Positions 7,734 to 8,068 of a stretch of DNA of 8,068 nt are shown in pieces. Position numbers and translations under genes: made by a program. Positions within the stretch are counted from its first letter, which is position 1. Each line of letters begins with the position of its first letter. Under the pieces are notes generated by a model that made no database searches, had not been told where the DNA came from, and saw only the letters and a list, made by a program, of their open reading frames with translations. The stretch covers positions 1 to 8,068 of the forward strand of contig JBJCIZ010000255.1 of NCBI GenBank assembly GCA_051294375.1, written 5' to 3'. Origin of the DNA: Paraspadella gotoi (lineage: Eukaryota; Animalia; Chaetognatha).

Positions 7734-8068
7734 ATAATAAAAACTCGTTGTATTGGCACATAAATAAACTTTCTTATAATTTTAGACATAAAAAATTTTA
7801 TGTTTATTTTAAATATAATAATGATTCATGTCATTTGGTAAAAGTAACTATAACTTTTAGTAAATTTTCTGTTTATCAATTTTTCAGAAGTAAATTCACA
7901 TTAACTCATACATTTGTTTTGTAAAATTAGTTTTTCCCCTTATTTAAAAATATTCACATTGGGAAAAGTAATTTTTTCATAAGAAATCATAAATTTATCC
8001 CGAAATTCGAGAGTAAGACGCGCGAAAAAGGAGCGAAAGGAGAGAGAGAGAGAAAGAGAAGGAAGAGA

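Larger units (their letters stand above)
6910..8068. repeat. Large inverted duplication: 6910-7420 vs 7545-8068 (runs off the window end)
   Basis: 7545-8068 is the reverse complement of 6910-7420 along its whole length, with differences that are mostly scattered single-base indels. The arms are separated by 99 bp of unique sequence (7421-7519) and 25 Ns. Confidence 0.97.

Noticed and set aside
7580-7789. 69-aa minus-strand ORF
   Set aside because: AT-rich sequence within the mirrored copy. The other arm differs by single-base indels that disrupt this frame, and the repeated MSKI is simply the 12-bp TSD.
1-8068. CRISPR array, rRNA, intact tRNA or prokaryotic operon
   Set aside because: No regularly spaced repeats, no rRNA or cloverleaf signatures and no gene-dense coding structure.

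Overview
Non-coding, AT-rich eukaryotic DNA, probably invertebrate given its frequent CpGs and GA/CT microsatellites, from a gapped draft assembly (N runs at 491-500, 663-672 and 7520-7544). None of the listed ORFs is a credible protein; most are translations of microsatellites or poly-T/poly-A tracts. The main signal is two independent short insertions (697-876 and 7194-7309). Each is flanked by its own exact 12-bp AT-rich direct repeat (candidate target-site duplication) and carries a minimal type I hammerhead ribozyme motif: CTGATGA-A-helix II-GAAA-CATG-TH, with a palindromic ACATGT helix III. The two ribozymes show compensatory base-pair changes. This layout matches the pseudo-LTRs of Penelope-like retroelements and related retrozymes. 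Insertion 1 is also a 75-bp-arm inverted repeat. A third, unrelated and degenerate hammerhead-like motif lies at 1721-1786. The last 524 bp are an inverted copy of 6910-7420 across a 25-N gap, most likely an assembly or long-read artefact.
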